Numbered from the stretch's first letter, positions 1 through 9,672 are shown. The stretch is 64,000 nucleotides of DNA from an uncultured Gammaproteobacteria bacterium (GCA_964448725.1 CAYVAJ010000001.1:7525-71524), one strand, 5' to 3'. Numbers and translations are program-made. The notes: generated by a model from the letters alone, not told the origin.

Positions 1-344
1 ATGGTATATACCTCAGATACGGTTAAATTTGTTTGTATGTTTTTTTCTTTTGCATAATGTACGGCAACCTCTCCCAGATCACCACGTTTTTTAAACTGTT
101 CCATAGCTGTTCCAGATTCAAGTTCATAGGCAACATCCATGGCTCGCAAAATCATTTTGTCAGCCATACCAAATTCAAGCGGTACATAGATAGGAGCAAC
201 TCTACCTTGCAACAAATAAACCAGCTTATCAATCTCATCAGCTTTTGCTCTTTTAAGAAGATCAGCTAAAATCACGGTAATATCGTTACGAGATGTCGTA
301 TTTTCCAACTTTTCAAGATAAATAGAGAGTTCTTTAAATTGCAT
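1..344 (-). CDS. ATP-dependent DNA ligase, archaeal-type (N-terminal part; runs off the window)
   Basis: Not in the ORF track. Manual translation from ATG at 344: MQFKELSIYLEKLENTTSRNDITVILADLL...YLLQGRVAP...LEFGMADK...GDLGEVA, which matches the N-terminal DNA-binding domain of ATP-dependent ligases. Confidence 0.85.
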   Translation of the reverse strand, partial: MQFKELSIYLEKLENTTSRNDITVILADLLKRAKADEIDKLVYLLQGRVAPIYVPLEFGMADKMILRAMDVAYELESGTAMEQFKKRGDLGEVAVHYAKEKNIQTNLTVSEVYT

Positions 345-352
345 ACATGTTT

Positions 353-467
353 AAATCCCAAGTCCCAAGCACCAAATTCCAAATAATACCAAATAGACAA
401 TAATTAAAGTTTCAGAAATTGGATATTCAATTTTATTTGATATTTGAAATTTGTCATTTGGTACTTG
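353..467. repeat. Heptamer-periodic imperfect inverted repeat in the ligase-Fic intergenic region
   Basis: Left arm AAATCCC-AAGTCCC-AAGCACC-AAATTCC-AAAT; right arm ATTTGAT-ATTTGAA-ATTTGTC-ATTTGGT-ACTTG. 366-384 matches the reverse complement of 449-467 at 16/19. Confidence 0.65.
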
Positions 468-472
468 CAAAA

Positions 473-1507
473 TTAATTTGCCATTACATATTTTACGCCT
501 TTTGTCCGTCCTTGTTTTTTTAAAATACCTTTTTTCACTAAATCCTGTAAATCTCGCAATACTGTATCCTCTGATACCATTGGAAACATTGACGCAAACA
601 TTCTATTTTCAAAATACCCTACTTTTTGTATATACTCGATTACTTTTATCTGTCTTTCAGAAAGCATTACCGGTCCTCCCAGTTTTTTCTTGAGAGTTGA
701 ATCGATGGAAATAGAATCTATCTTTTCCTTAATTTTTGCAAGCTCTGCTGCAACCACTTCAGTAAAGTATGTAATCCAGTCTGTCTGATCTCCTTTGTTT
801 TTCTGCACACTCTGCAGAGCAGTATAATACGCCACAGGATCATGATCAAAATGTTCCTCAAGAGAAAAGAACTGTCTAATATCATATCCCTCTTTAAACA
901 GAACAAATGTTGAAAGCGCACGACCTACCCGCCCATTTCCATCTAAAAACGGATGGATTCGCACAAACTCATAATGCACTACTCCTGCTTTCAGTACCGG
1001 ATGCATTTCTTTTTCCTTTGAGATGAATGCTAACAGATCTTTTATCTGCCATGGCACTTCTATAGCCTTAGGTGGACGAAAGGAAACTTCACCCGTGATA
1101 CTATTTCGTATTACTACCTCTTTCTCCCGATAATTACCTGATGATTCTTCTGGAAGCACATTCGCAGTTACTGTTTTATGCAAGCGTAAAATAAATTCTT
1201 CATTAATAGACGCACTGGTTTGTTCAACCATTGCTTCGATCACATTACGGTAATTTATAACTTCCTGCACATCACGTTCCCGTGCCACCACACGCTCTCC
1301 ATCAATCACCTTTTGCACCTGCGTAATACTTAATTCATTTCCTTCAATATGAGTTCCATAGTGTGTAGTACGCAGTAATGCCTCTTCCTGAAATTTTTTC
1401 TCCCAATATGGTAAAAGTGGAGCATGTTCAATAACTTCCTTTGCTGCATCAATTGCTCCAATATTGCGTACAATTTTATTGGTAATAGTAAAACTCGGTT
1501 GATACAT
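473..1507 (-). CDS. Fic family protein (class II, autoinhibitory helix) with C-terminal winged HTH
   Basis: Canonical HPFLDGNGRVGR motif; upstream THIEGN inhibitory motif; C-terminal 'VSEDTVLRDLQDLVKKG' wHTH. Confidence 0.9.
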   Translation of the reverse strand: MYQPSFTITNKIVRNIGAIDAAKEVIEHAPLLPYWEKKFQEEALLRTTHYGTHIEGNELSITQVQKVIDGERVVARERDVQEVINYRNVIEAMVEQTSASINEEFILRLHKTVTANVLPEESSGNYREKEVVIRNSITGEVSFRPPKAIEVPWQIKDLLAFISKEKEMHPVLKAGVVHYEFVRIHPFLDGNGRVGRALSTFVLFKEGYDIRQFFSLEEHFDHDPVAYYTALQSVQKNKGDQTDWITYFTEVVAAELAKIKEKIDSISIDSTLKKKLGGPVMLSERQIKVIEYIQKVGYFENRMFASMFPMVSEDTVLRDLQDLVKKGILKKQGRTKGVKYVMAN

Positions 1508-1593
1508 GTTTTTTTATAAAAACTAAAAGCATAAAACTTTCATTTAATTCCTTTATCTTTACACTTTCAGATTCTTCTTGTATTATACAAAAT

Positions 1594-1890
1594 ATGGCCA
1601 GCAAAACTAAAAATAACAAAAGTGAAGAAGCCAAGAAGCTTCATATTGAAGTTGTACGACAAATGCTTACTTTGGCCACTTCAGGATTTGGATTGGTCGC
1701 AGCACTCGCCTGGAATGAGTTTGTGAAAGCGCTCGTAGAAAATTATATTAAAAAATATCTTCCTGAAGGGAGCCAAACGATTTCTTTACTTCTCTACGCA
1801 ATTATAGTAACACTTCTTGCGGTTATAGTTACACTCCAGTTATCAAAACTTTTAAAAAGTCTTGATCCTGACAGTAAATCTAAAAAATAA
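1594..1890 (+). CDS. Small two-TM membrane protein (DUF5654-like)
   Basis: LATSGFGLVAALAWNE motif and two hydrophobic helices. Confidence 0.7.
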   Translation: MASKTKNNKSEEAKKLHIEVVRQMLTLATSGFGLVAALAWNEFVKALVENYIKKYLPEGSQTISLLLYAIIVTLLAVIVTLQLSKLLKSLDPDSKSKK

Positions 1891-1909
1891 AGAATCATTA
1901 TAATTCTGA

Positions 1910-2974
1910 ATGTATCTTTCCACATTAACGCTTACTAATTTTCGTAGTTATGCTCGTCAAAAAATTGTACTAGCACCGTTAACCATTATTGTGGGAGAAA
2001 ATACCATTGGAAAAACAAATATTCTAGAAGCAATTCATCTACTTTCTACTGGGAAGAGTTTTCGGGCTGAAAAAGATGTTGACACAATTTCGTTTGATCA
2101 AAATTTCGCACGCATAGATGCATTATTACAGGACGACAATGAGGTCGTGAAAATAACCGTACAATTACTTAATAATTCTCGTGTTTTTCACAAGCGATAC
2201 CTCTTAAATGATGTAGGGAAACGCCTCTCAGATTTTGAATCATATTTTTGCTCAATTATCTTTTCTCCGCAAGATTTAGAGATAATATCTGAATCACCTA
2301 CAATGAGGAGAAAGTATCTTGATAGCGTGTTATCAGCAACCCACTCACCATATCGAAATGCTCTTACTACATACACCAAAGCACTTCGGCAACGCAATAA
2401 GTTATTGAGACTAATACGAGAAGGGAAACGCAAATATGTGGCCGATGAATTTTCATATTGGAACACACTTCTTTTAGAGCATGCACAAACAATCAGCAAT
2501 CATCGAAAAGAATTTATCAACTATATAAATACTGCACCAAAAAATGCTTACTCACTTGAAGGTGTGTATGATGCCAGTCTTATTACTCCAGAACGTTTGT
2601 CAAAATACAGAGAAGCAGAGATTGCAAGCGGTGTAACCCTTATCGGTCCGCAACGTGATGATATACTGCTCTACTTCCCCGGTACTACGAGATTAATACG
2701 AGAGTTTGCTTCACGAGGAGAACAACGTCTTGCAGTCTTACAGTTAAAGTTGCTAGAAGTAGCATATGTTCAAGCGCATACTGAACGTGAGCCTGTGTTA
2801 CTGCTCGATGATATTTTCTCTGAGCTTGATTCCCACAATATTGCACTTATTTCTCGCTTATTACCTGGAAGACAGGCCATCATTACTACGACTCATCTAG
2901 AATACATTCCTGAAGACATCTTAAACCAATCACAAATACTACGACTACCTGAAGATTTAAAAAGCGAAAGTTAA
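1910..2974 (+). CDS. recF: DNA replication/repair protein RecF
   Basis: NFRSY, Walker A GENTIGKTN, GPQRDD, ASRGEQR signature, LLLDDIFSELD. Confidence 0.92.
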   Translation: MYLSTLTLTNFRSYARQKIVLAPLTIIVGENTIGKTNILEAIHLLSTGKSFRAEKDVDTISFDQNFARIDALLQDDNEVVKITVQLLNNSRVFHKRYLLNDVGKRLSDFESYFCSIIFSPQDLEIISESPTMRRKYLDSVLSATHSPYRNALTTYTKALRQRNKLLRLIREGKRKYVADEFSYWNTLLLEHAQTISNHRKEFINYINTAPKNAYSLEGVYDASLITPERLSKYREAEIASGVTLIGPQRDDILLYFPGTTRLIREFASRGEQRLAVLQLKLLEVAYVQAHTEREPVLLLDDIFSELDSHNIALISRLLPGRQAIITTTHLEYIPEDILNQSQILRLPEDLKSES

Positions 2975-3025
2975 TCTACTTGAGAAATAATAACAACATT
3001 TTGACAGAAAATATTGAGATAGACT

Positions 3026-3736
3026 TTAGGAGATAGTCGTGCCAATAAAATCTGTATTAAGAAAATATTTTTCCAGATTTTCAAAATTATTACCTTTTAT
3101 AATAACAACTGTCAATCCAAGTTCTCGAGCTTTTTTTGCTGCAATAGGGTCAAATGGAACATTCATACCAGGAGTCCATTCCTCACCAACAAGTTTTTGA
3201 AAATTATCCCAAGAAATTGTATCGATTGGCGTTGCATCAGGATTGTCTTTAGGATCAGAATCAAATACTTTTTCAATATTTGACATATTAATAACAGTAC
3301 CCACTGTATAATCCTCACATACCATTGTCGCACAAAAATCTGTAGACCAGCCAGGACGCCAGCCTGACGCAACCACCACTGGCTCCTCTACCTTTCGAAT
3401 GATATCATACCGATCTAAAATAACAGGGTGTGCTACATCTCGAAAAATTGTTCGCACGAGATGAGCATTTACCCGAGTTGCATGAATTCCTAACCAATCT
3501 AAATCTTCATTGGTTACTTTTTGAATAACTTCCCGTGCAGCTTTTTGATACTGACGAGTTGTAGTACCGCCACCAACCACAATAAAAAACTGATAGTCTG
3601 GATTTTGTTCTAGTTTTGAACGGATGAAAGTATTAAATTTGGAGAGAAAATCAGTATCAATACCGGATGGTGGGACAATTAGTGATCCTCCCACTGACAT
3701 AACAATTTTCTTTTTTTTATTTGGTTTGTAAACCAT
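3026..3736 (-). CDS. pyrH: UMP kinase (archaeal-type)
   Basis: SVGGSL, VVGGG, GWRPGWSTD, PGMNVPFDP; start refined to MVYKP (uncertain). Confidence 0.85.
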   Translation of the reverse strand: MVYKPNKKKKIVMSVGGSLIVPPSGIDTDFLSKFNTFIRSKLEQNPDYQFFIVVGGGTTTRQYQKAAREVIQKVTNEDLDWLGIHATRVNAHLVRTIFRDVAHPVILDRYDIIRKVEEPVVVASGWRPGWSTDFCATMVCEDYTVGTVINMSNIEKVFDSDPKDNPDATPIDTISWDNFQKLVGEEWTPGMNVPFDPIAAKKARELGLTVVIIKGNNFENLEKYFLNTDFIGTTIS

Positions 3737-3784
3737 GCCATCCATAACCTTATCAAACAGCATTTAAAATTGCAATTAAAATCG

Positions 3785-3813
3785 TTGACAAATATAAAAC
3801 TGTACACTATAGT
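3785..3813 (+). promoter_or_regulatory. Sigma70 promoter, leaderless, for the DsbA-like gene
   Basis: TTGACA-17 nt-TATAGT, then 6 nt, then ATG at 3820. Confidence 0.75.
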
Positions 3814-3819
3814 GTTTAT

Positions 3820-4584
3820 ATGGCTTCAAATTCACGAACAAATAAAAAAGTGCCTTTTTTAGATCGTCTTAATACTATAACTTCACAACAATTACTCTAT
3901 AGTATTCTTCTGATCGCGGTCTTTTTAGTCGGATACTTGTTAGCACGAGTACAATCACTGGAAGGACAAAATGGAACAACACCCGTAGCAGGAACAGCAC
4001 AGGTTGCTCCAGGTGATACAGCACCTGCTGCAAAAGTTGATGTTGCTAATGGTACACTTCCTGCGCTTGGTGATGAAAATGCACCAGTTACCATCGTTGA
4101 GTTTTCTGATATGCAGTGCCCATTCTGTCGATCATTTTTCACTGGAGCATATCAACAAATAAAATCTGAGTATGTTGATACTGGAAAAGTCGTGATGTAT
4201 TTACGCCATTATCCTCTTTCATTCCACGCTGCAGCACAAAAAAGTGCAGAAGCACTTGAATGCGCAAATGAACAAGATAGCATGTGGCAATTTCATGACC
4301 TTATGTTTAATAAGCAGCAAGAGCTTGATCCAAGCGGAGGAACAGTGGATTACACAACCGATGATATAAAAACATGGGCAACGGAACTTGGTATTAATAC
4401 TGCATCATTTAATGAGTGTCTTGATAGTGGTAAATATGCTGAAAAAGTTGCACAAGATACGGCAGACGGTAACGCAGCTGGTGTAAGTGGTACTCCTGCA
4501 TTCTTTATTAATGGGACACCAGTTGTAGGAGCACAACCATATGAATCATTCAAAGCTCTTATCGACCAAGAATTGGCAGAATAG
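3820..4584 (+). CDS. DsbA-family thiol-disulfide oxidoreductase, membrane anchored
   Basis: N-terminal TM; EFSDMQCPFC (CxxC); GVSGTP cis-Pro loop. Confidence 0.88.
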   Translation: MASNSRTNKKVPFLDRLNTITSQQLLYSILLIAVFLVGYLLARVQSLEGQNGTTPVAGTAQVAPGDTAPAAKVDVANGTLPALGDENAPVTIVEFSDMQCPFCRSFFTGAYQQIKSEYVDTGKVVMYLRHYPLSFHAAAQKSAEALECANEQDSMWQFHDLMFNKQQELDPSGGTVDYTTDDIKTWATELGINTASFNECLDSGKYAEKVAQDTADGNAAGVSGTPAFFINGTPVVGAQPYESFKALIDQELAE

Positions 4585-5119
4585 TTTAGCCTTCCTACAC
4601 CCTGCCTTGATTGCTCTTCGCACACAGGTTTTATCAGGTAGATTTATTCGCAAGTCCATTGCAATCTCACTTATTTATCTTATTGCCTCAAATATTATTA
4701 ATAGCTTTGCTATCTACTCAAATATATTCTCACAAAACTTTCCCTTCCTTTTAAAAATTAAGATTACTCTCCTCATGTTTTGGGGCAATTTTACTCTATT
4801 TGGTGAAATAAATACGTTTGTTATTACGGTAACTGCACTACTTGTAGGAATGAATATTATGCTTGTCACGAAAAAACTTGCTATTGTAAGATCACAAAAA
4901 AATGCCCATTGGACATTTGGCGCAGGAATTGTAACACTCGTTTCGTCAAGCTGTCCCGGATGTGGTTTTTCACTTCTTTCCGTTACTGGACTGACAGCTG
5001 CAATCCCGGGTCTACCATTTCATGGATTAGAATTCTCTTTGCTCACATTAGGTATTATTTCTTTAACGAGTGTCTATAATCTGCGTACACTAGGTATCCA
5101 GTCTTGTTCTCTTCCATAA
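4541..5119 (+). CDS. Multi-pass membrane protein with CPGC motif (possible DsbA redox partner)
   Basis: About four TM helices and SSSCPGCG; directly downstream of dsbA; start uncertain. Confidence 0.6.
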   Translation: MNHSKLLSTKNWQNSLAFLHPALIALRTQVLSGRFIRKSIAISLIYLIASNIINSFAIYSNIFSQNFPFLLKIKITLLMFWGNFTLFGEINTFVITVTALLVGMNIMLVTKKLAIVRSQKNAHWTFGAGIVTLVSSSCPGCGFSLLSVTGLTAAIPGLPFHGLEFSLLTLGIISLTSVYNLRTLGIQSCSLP

Positions 5120-5134
5120 AAAAGATACTAATAA

Positions 5135-5974
5135 TTAGCGCTGGCAAACAGTACAAACAAAAGTACCTCGACCACCTACAATAATTCGCTGAATGCTATT
5201 TCCACACCGCATACACTTCTCTCCTGCTCTTCCATAGACAAGAAAATAGTCTTGATACTGACCATCCTGTCCAAGTGCATTAACATAGTTGGTGTCGCTA
5301 GCTGCGCCTTGTTCAAGTGAAAACGCCATAATCTTATGAATTGCAGAAAATAATCGTGCGATTTCTTCTGCTGTAAGAGTATTTGCAGCGCGCCTTGGAT
5401 CAATTTTTGCTTCATACAGTGCATCATTTGCATATATATTCCCTATCCCGCCTATTTTATGCTGATCAAGCAAGAGTGTTTTTATTGGTGCTTTTGCATG
5501 AGCGGTTATTTTCTTTAAATATTCCACCGTAAGATCTGTAAATGGCTCAGGTCCAAGCGTATGAAAAAAGGAAATCGTTTGGAGATCATCTGTAGGCAGC
5601 ACCTTCATCCATCCGAAACGTCTTATATCGTTATAATATAATTGAGCGTTTTGATCGAGGTAGAAGATGATTCTTGTATAATTATTGGGAAGTGTTTTTA
5701 CTTTAGAAGATAGCTTTTTATCCTTTGTCTTCTCTCCTCTATAGATTAGCTGACCAGTCATTTTTACATGAATAGCAAGAGAGAAATTGTTATCAAAATC
5801 AATAAGCAGACCTTTTCCGCGCCGTCTAATATCAATAATAATATTACCAACAATCTGTTTTTCAGATCCTGAAATACGCAGCGGGTCAAGAATCTGGACA
5901 CCTTGTATCGTATGGCCAATAAGATATTTCTGTAACCCTCGTTTAATAATTTCAACTTCAGGTAATTCGGGCAT
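5135..5974 (-). CDS. mutM: Formamidopyrimidine-DNA glycosylase
   Basis: MPELPEVE N-terminus, HVKMTG, GIGNIYANDAL (H2TH), C-terminal C4 zinc finger. Confidence 0.95.
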   Translation of the reverse strand: MPELPEVEIIKRGLQKYLIGHTIQGVQILDPLRISGSEKQIVGNIIIDIRRRGKGLLIDFDNNFSLAIHVKMTGQLIYRGEKTKDKKLSSKVKTLPNNYTRIIFYLDQNAQLYYNDIRRFGWMKVLPTDDLQTISFFHTLGPEPFTDLTVEYLKKITAHAKAPIKTLLLDQHKIGGIGNIYANDALYEAKIDPRRAANTLTAEEIARLFSAIHKIMAFSLEQGAASDTNYVNALGQDGQYQDYFLVYGRAGEKCMRCGNSIQRIIVGGRGTFVCTVCQR

Positions 5975-6109
5975 GGAGCAATTGTATCATATGAATTATT
6001 TTTACTGCTCTTGCGTATCTTAAGGTCACGTTTTATACTAAAAGAAATACTGGGAAGCATGCAGATGGTCTGCTGTTACTTTCCAGATTATTACCGAAAG
6101 GGAAGCCCA

Positions 6110-6421
6110 ATGAGGACAAGAACAGTCCTGCATGTATCGTTCGTCAACTGTCCTCATGGAGCAGTTGAGCAATTTGACAAAAAGCTTAAGAACTCACCGA
6201 TTCAGGCCCGGTTCCGGACAATGCTTGCTCATAATAAGCAAGCATATATCAATCGGTGTAACCGGAGAGTCTGTGAAATCGAGGTACTAGATCTAGCACA
6301 CATGGACCTGCTGGAGCAACTCGTAAAGGAAGAGGAGTGTAAAGTCGTCAACAAAACATACGTTGACATCTTTGACAATCCTGTTTCGGTCGAACAGCTT
6401 GAACTTGTTGCTGCTGATTAG
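6110..6421 (+). CDS. Hypothetical protein (103 aa), SD-led orphan
   Basis: ATG at 6110 preceded by GAAAGGGA; promoter TTGCGT-17-TATACT at 6011-6039; downstream hairpin. Confidence 0.6.
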   Translation: MRTRTVLHVSFVNCPHGAVEQFDKKLKNSPIQARFRTMLAHNKQAYINRCNRRVCEIEVLDLAHMDLLEQLVKEEECKVVNKTYVDIFDNPVSVEQLELVAAD

Positions 6422-6445
6422 TTCGACAGGCCTTCCTGTTGCCCT

Positions 6446-6470
6446 GCGCCTTCGGCTCACCCGAAGGCGC
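6446..6470 (+). terminator. GC-rich hairpin between convergent genes (probable terminator)
   Basis: GCGCCTTCGG-CTCAC-CCGAAGGCGC, perfect 10-bp stem; weak U-tract. Confidence 0.5.
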
Positions 6471-6507
6471 AATTACTTTCACTGAGATAAAATATTTTGA
6501 AATGAGA

Positions 6508-7611
6508 TTAAGAGGCAACTATTTTTTTTATACTGGAGGTAAACACGTTTTTGTGAAACTTTTCCGCTTGTTTATAACAAGCATCAGCCGATATTTTTAT
6601 GTCTTCAAAGGAGTCTACAGCTTTCATTAATTGCTCTGGAGTATTTTGCTTATAAAATATCCCAGTTTCCCCATCCACAACAGTTTCTTTCACTCCTCCG
6701 CTCTTATACGCAATAACAGGTGTTCCCTGAGCCATTGCTTCAACTGGCGTTATGCCAAAATCCTCATCATATGAGGCAAAAATAAATGCTTTTGCGCCTC
6801 TCATCAACTCTTTTTTTTCTTCATCTGTTACTTCACCGACAAACTCAATATTCTCCCCTGCTTTTGCCCTCAACTCTTCCCCATATCCAGCAAACCCTTT
6901 TCCAAATATTTTTAGAGGCTTTTTATTCTGAGTAAAGCTATCGACAATAATATCCATTCCTTTTGCACGCGCAAGTCGTCCCCCCGCAAGATAGTAATCT
7001 CTTGCTAATTTTGATTTTTTATCAGTTATCTGTGAGTTTATATTAACTGGTGGATACACAACAACTGCATCTCTATGGTAGAATTTTCCAATACGAGCTG
7101 CTACTTCCTGTGAATTAGCAATAAATTGATCCACATTCCTACTTGCAGTAAAATCAATGATCCGCAAGAAGTGATTTGCAACTTCAGCAAGTGCTGATAG
7201 TACTTTATATTTTTTCCAGTCACGGGCAGTTTTGTATCCATACAAGTATCGAGGAGGAGTATGACAATATGCTATTAGTTTCTGGTTCTTGGTTTTTGGT
7301 ATTAGATTGGGAAAATATGCACCAGTCTGAGAAGTAATAATTACATCATACCCTGATAAATCCATCAATTTAAATGCTAGGGGGGACAATAATCTTAAAG
7401 GGGAAATAAGTTTGTGAGCAAAAGGAATATACTGCATCCAAGATTTTTGTATATTCATTTTCTCAAAACGTTGTCTATGTGGACCAAGGAATTGTGGGAA
7501 ATAAAGAGAAGTATAAATTGGGGCATCAGGGAAGATTTCATGCAAGGTCTCGAGCACCCGCTCGGCTCCACCATACTCTTTAACATAGTCATGAACTAGT
7601 GCTACTTTCAT
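6508..7611 (-). CDS. Glycosyltransferase family 4
   Basis: VHDY...GGAERV N-terminus; EDFGITPVEAMAQGTPVI GT-B motif. Confidence 0.9.
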   Translation of the reverse strand: MKVALVHDYVKEYGGAERVLETLHEIFPDAPIYTSLYFPQFLGPHRQRFEKMNIQKSWMQYIPFAHKLISPLRLLSPLAFKLMDLSGYDVIITSQTGAYFPNLIPKTKNQKLIAYCHTPPRYLYGYKTARDWKKYKVLSALAEVANHFLRIIDFTASRNVDQFIANSQEVAARIGKFYHRDAVVVYPPVNINSQITDKKSKLARDYYLAGGRLARAKGMDIIVDSFTQNKKPLKIFGKGFAGYGEELRAKAGENIEFVGEVTDEEKKELMRGAKAFIFASYDEDFGITPVEAMAQGTPVIAYKSGGVKETVVDGETGIFYKQNTPEQLMKAVDSFEDIKISADACYKQAEKFHKNVFTSSIKKIVAS

Positions 7612-8546
7612 TAAATTAATTTCATCTGTGCTTTGCTATCCCCATTTTTGCCAAACACATCATCAAGACGCCTGGTTAACGTATTAAATGAATATTTTTT
7701 AAACGCTTGAGTAAATTTATCCTTGGTAAAATGCGCAACATCACATTCCTCAAGTGAGAAAGCAAATGGAACTTGGGTGTCAATTGTCGCAAGTTTTTTT
7801 GCTAAAAATGCCTGATCTGAACCCTCAGCTAATTTTTTAGCTAATTTTGGATTTTTTGTCTCTATCTCTCCTATTTTTTCAAAAACAGTTTCAAAATGCT
7901 CGTAGTCTTGCAACAGTTGCATCGCAGTCTTTGGTCCGACTCCTGGCACCCCAGGGTAATTATCAGACGCATCACCCATAAATGCCTTTAAATCTATAAA
8001 CTGGTCTGGGCGTACACCGAATTTTTCTTTTACCCGTGCGGCATCATACAGCGCCACCTCACTAATTCCTTTAATAGGCATTAGCACTTTTGTGTCTGTA
8101 TCAACAAGCTGCAACAAATCACGATCTCCTGTCACAATATATACGTGTATATTGTCATATTCTGTATTGAGCTTGGCATTGATCGTACCAATTAAATCAT
8201 CTGCTTCAAATCCATCAAGTTCGAAGAGCGGAATTCCAACCGCTGAAATCAGTTCACGTATTGAGGAAAATTGCTCAGCCAACTCGTCTGATGCTTTGGG
8301 GCGATTTGCATGATACCCCACATACATCTGCTGACGAAAGGTGGGTTCTCCCCGATCAAATGCAATGGCAATATAATCAGGCTTCATGTGCTGCATCAGC
8401 TTTAAAAGCATGGAGAAAAATCCAAACAACGCACCGGTTGGTGCCCCATCTGGTGAGGTAAAGTTTGGCATTGCGTGATACGCACGGTGCAAAATCGCAC
8501 TCCCGTCAATGAGCATAAATATTTTTTTACCTTCTGGATGCTGCAT
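7611..8546 (-). CDS. Stand-alone 5'-3' exonuclease / flap endonuclease (PolA N-terminal domain)
   Basis: LIDG..ILHRAYHA, FEADDLIGT, VTGDRD, GDASDNYPGVPGVGPKTA; no polymerase domain. Confidence 0.9.
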   Translation of the reverse strand: MQHPEGKKIFMLIDGSAILHRAYHAMPNFTSPDGAPTGALFGFFSMLLKLMQHMKPDYIAIAFDRGEPTFRQQMYVGYHANRPKASDELAEQFSSIRELISAVGIPLFELDGFEADDLIGTINAKLNTEYDNIHVYIVTGDRDLLQLVDTDTKVLMPIKGISEVALYDAARVKEKFGVRPDQFIDLKAFMGDASDNYPGVPGVGPKTAMQLLQDYEHFETVFEKIGEIETKNPKLAKKLAEGSDQAFLAKKLATIDTQVPFAFSLEECDVAHFTKDKFTQAFKKYSFNTLTRRLDDVFGKNGDSKAQMKLI

Positions 8547-8585
8547 AGATGCATTTCATTATAACAAAGTATGAGTAGTCATTAA

Positions 8586-8632
8586 GCCAAAAAAAGGCCC
8601 CTCCTCAGGCCTTTATTAACCCGAGAAGGGGC
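8586..8632 (-). terminator. Rho-independent terminator of the small-ORF operon
   Basis: Minus strand GCCCCTTCTCGGGTT-AATAAA-GGCCTGAGGAGGGGC followed by CTTTTTTT. Confidence 0.8.
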
Positions 8633-8669
8633 AAGATTCAGTACAGCTGTACTGAAAATAGATGCGAAC

Positions 8670-8855
8670 CTACTTGCGCAGCTCCATGATTGTGAACGCA
8701 AGCACCAATCCAACCGCAATGAAGTAGACCGACAGCCCCACAATAGCGATCAGAACAGCCATTAAAATAATGGCAGCCATAATGACTCCCACTAAATCCA
8801 GAGCAGAGTCCTCATGAGCAGTGTAATACGCTGGGCCGTGATTATGCCGGGACAT
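8670..8855 (-). CDS. Small hydrophobic protein (61 aa)
   Basis: SD-like GGAAGGA upstream; long hydrophobic stretch. Confidence 0.55.
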   Translation of the reverse strand: MSRHNHGPAYYTAHEDSALDLVGVIMAAIILMAVLIAIVGLSVYFIAVGLVLAFTIMELRK

Positions 8856-8917
8856 TGTCTTATCCTTCCGACCCTTTCGGGAATAATACAGACAACAAGG
8901 CTCTTGAGTACCCCTTT

Positions 8918-9121
8918 CTACTTATCCCTATATGGGATACAGCTTTCCATAGCAGCGGCTAGATAACCACTTGGGTCACTCTCCGCTTTGAGAACTGTTG
9001 CATACACCGGAACGGGTGTCTTGAGTCTCACTTCAGACTCTTCGAACTCCGGAAATATCCGGAGCATCATCCGGATCAAACAGGAAAAAAACATTTCCAT
9101 CATCATGATGGCTAGTTTCAT
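8918..9121 (-). CDS. Small hypothetical protein (67 aa)
   Basis: ATG at 9121 (MKLAIMMM) preceded by GAAAGGA; overlaps the upstream ORF by 89 nt. Confidence 0.45.
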   Translation of the reverse strand: MKLAIMMMEMFFSCLIRMMLRIFPEFEESEVRLKTPVPVYATVLKAESDPSGYLAAAMESCIPYRDK

Positions 9122-9425
9122 CTTGTGTTCCTTTCTGCTTTTGGTACCATTCCGCACTAAAAGGTGTTATCCCTTTCTTCTTCTGACCTGACCGTCGCGG
9201 CCATGTCAACGAAGTAACTGTTCTCCAAATTCCACGGAGGAAAAAATAATAGAGATAGGCACAAACACCTATCAACGAGAGCGCCCACCAAATGCCAAGA
9301 GTCTCTTCGAGGTATATAAACCCCATGAGAAATGCTATGGAAAGAGCAAGCGTCCGCGACCATTTTGGCCCTTTAATAGCGAGAATGATTATGAGTAGAA
9401 TTAGCGCAATAAAAACAAAGGACAT
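9033..9425 (-). CDS. Small membrane protein (three TM)
   Basis: SD AGGGGAG upstream; three hydrophobic segments. Confidence 0.55.
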   Translation of the reverse strand: MSFVFIALILLIIILAIKGPKWSRTLALSIAFLMGFIYLEETLGIWWALSLIGVCAYLYYFFLRGIWRTVTSLTWPRRSGQKKKGITPFSAEWYQKQKGTQDETSHHDDGNVFFLFDPDDAPDISGVRRV

Positions 9426-9610
9426 CCCACTCCCCTATCACTACCAATCAAATCCGACGCACTATAGGTGCATCTATTGACCTACACTGCGTCAGATTTG
9501 AAAAAAAACATGGAAAGAAAAAGAGGAAATAAAATCCGCATCTATGTTAAAGTGCGAACCCAAAAACAGAGCGACAAGATTTGCCCTGCGTTAGGTCAAA
9601 CTATGGATAT

Positions 9611-9639
9611 ATTATAGCAGAAACTGTCAAGGAGGTCAA
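9611..9639 (-). promoter_or_regulatory. Sigma70 promoter of the small-ORF operon
   Basis: Minus strand TTGACC-17-TATAAT with extended TG; about 180-nt structured leader follows. Confidence 0.65.
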
Positions 9640-9672
9640 TGCTATAGGATGTTTTTATATATAAGTAATTTG

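Noticed and set aside
7611-8546. Truncated polA pseudogene
   Set aside because: The ORF has intact nuclease motifs, ends cleanly and is translationally coupled to the next gene; stand-alone 5'-3' exonucleases are known.
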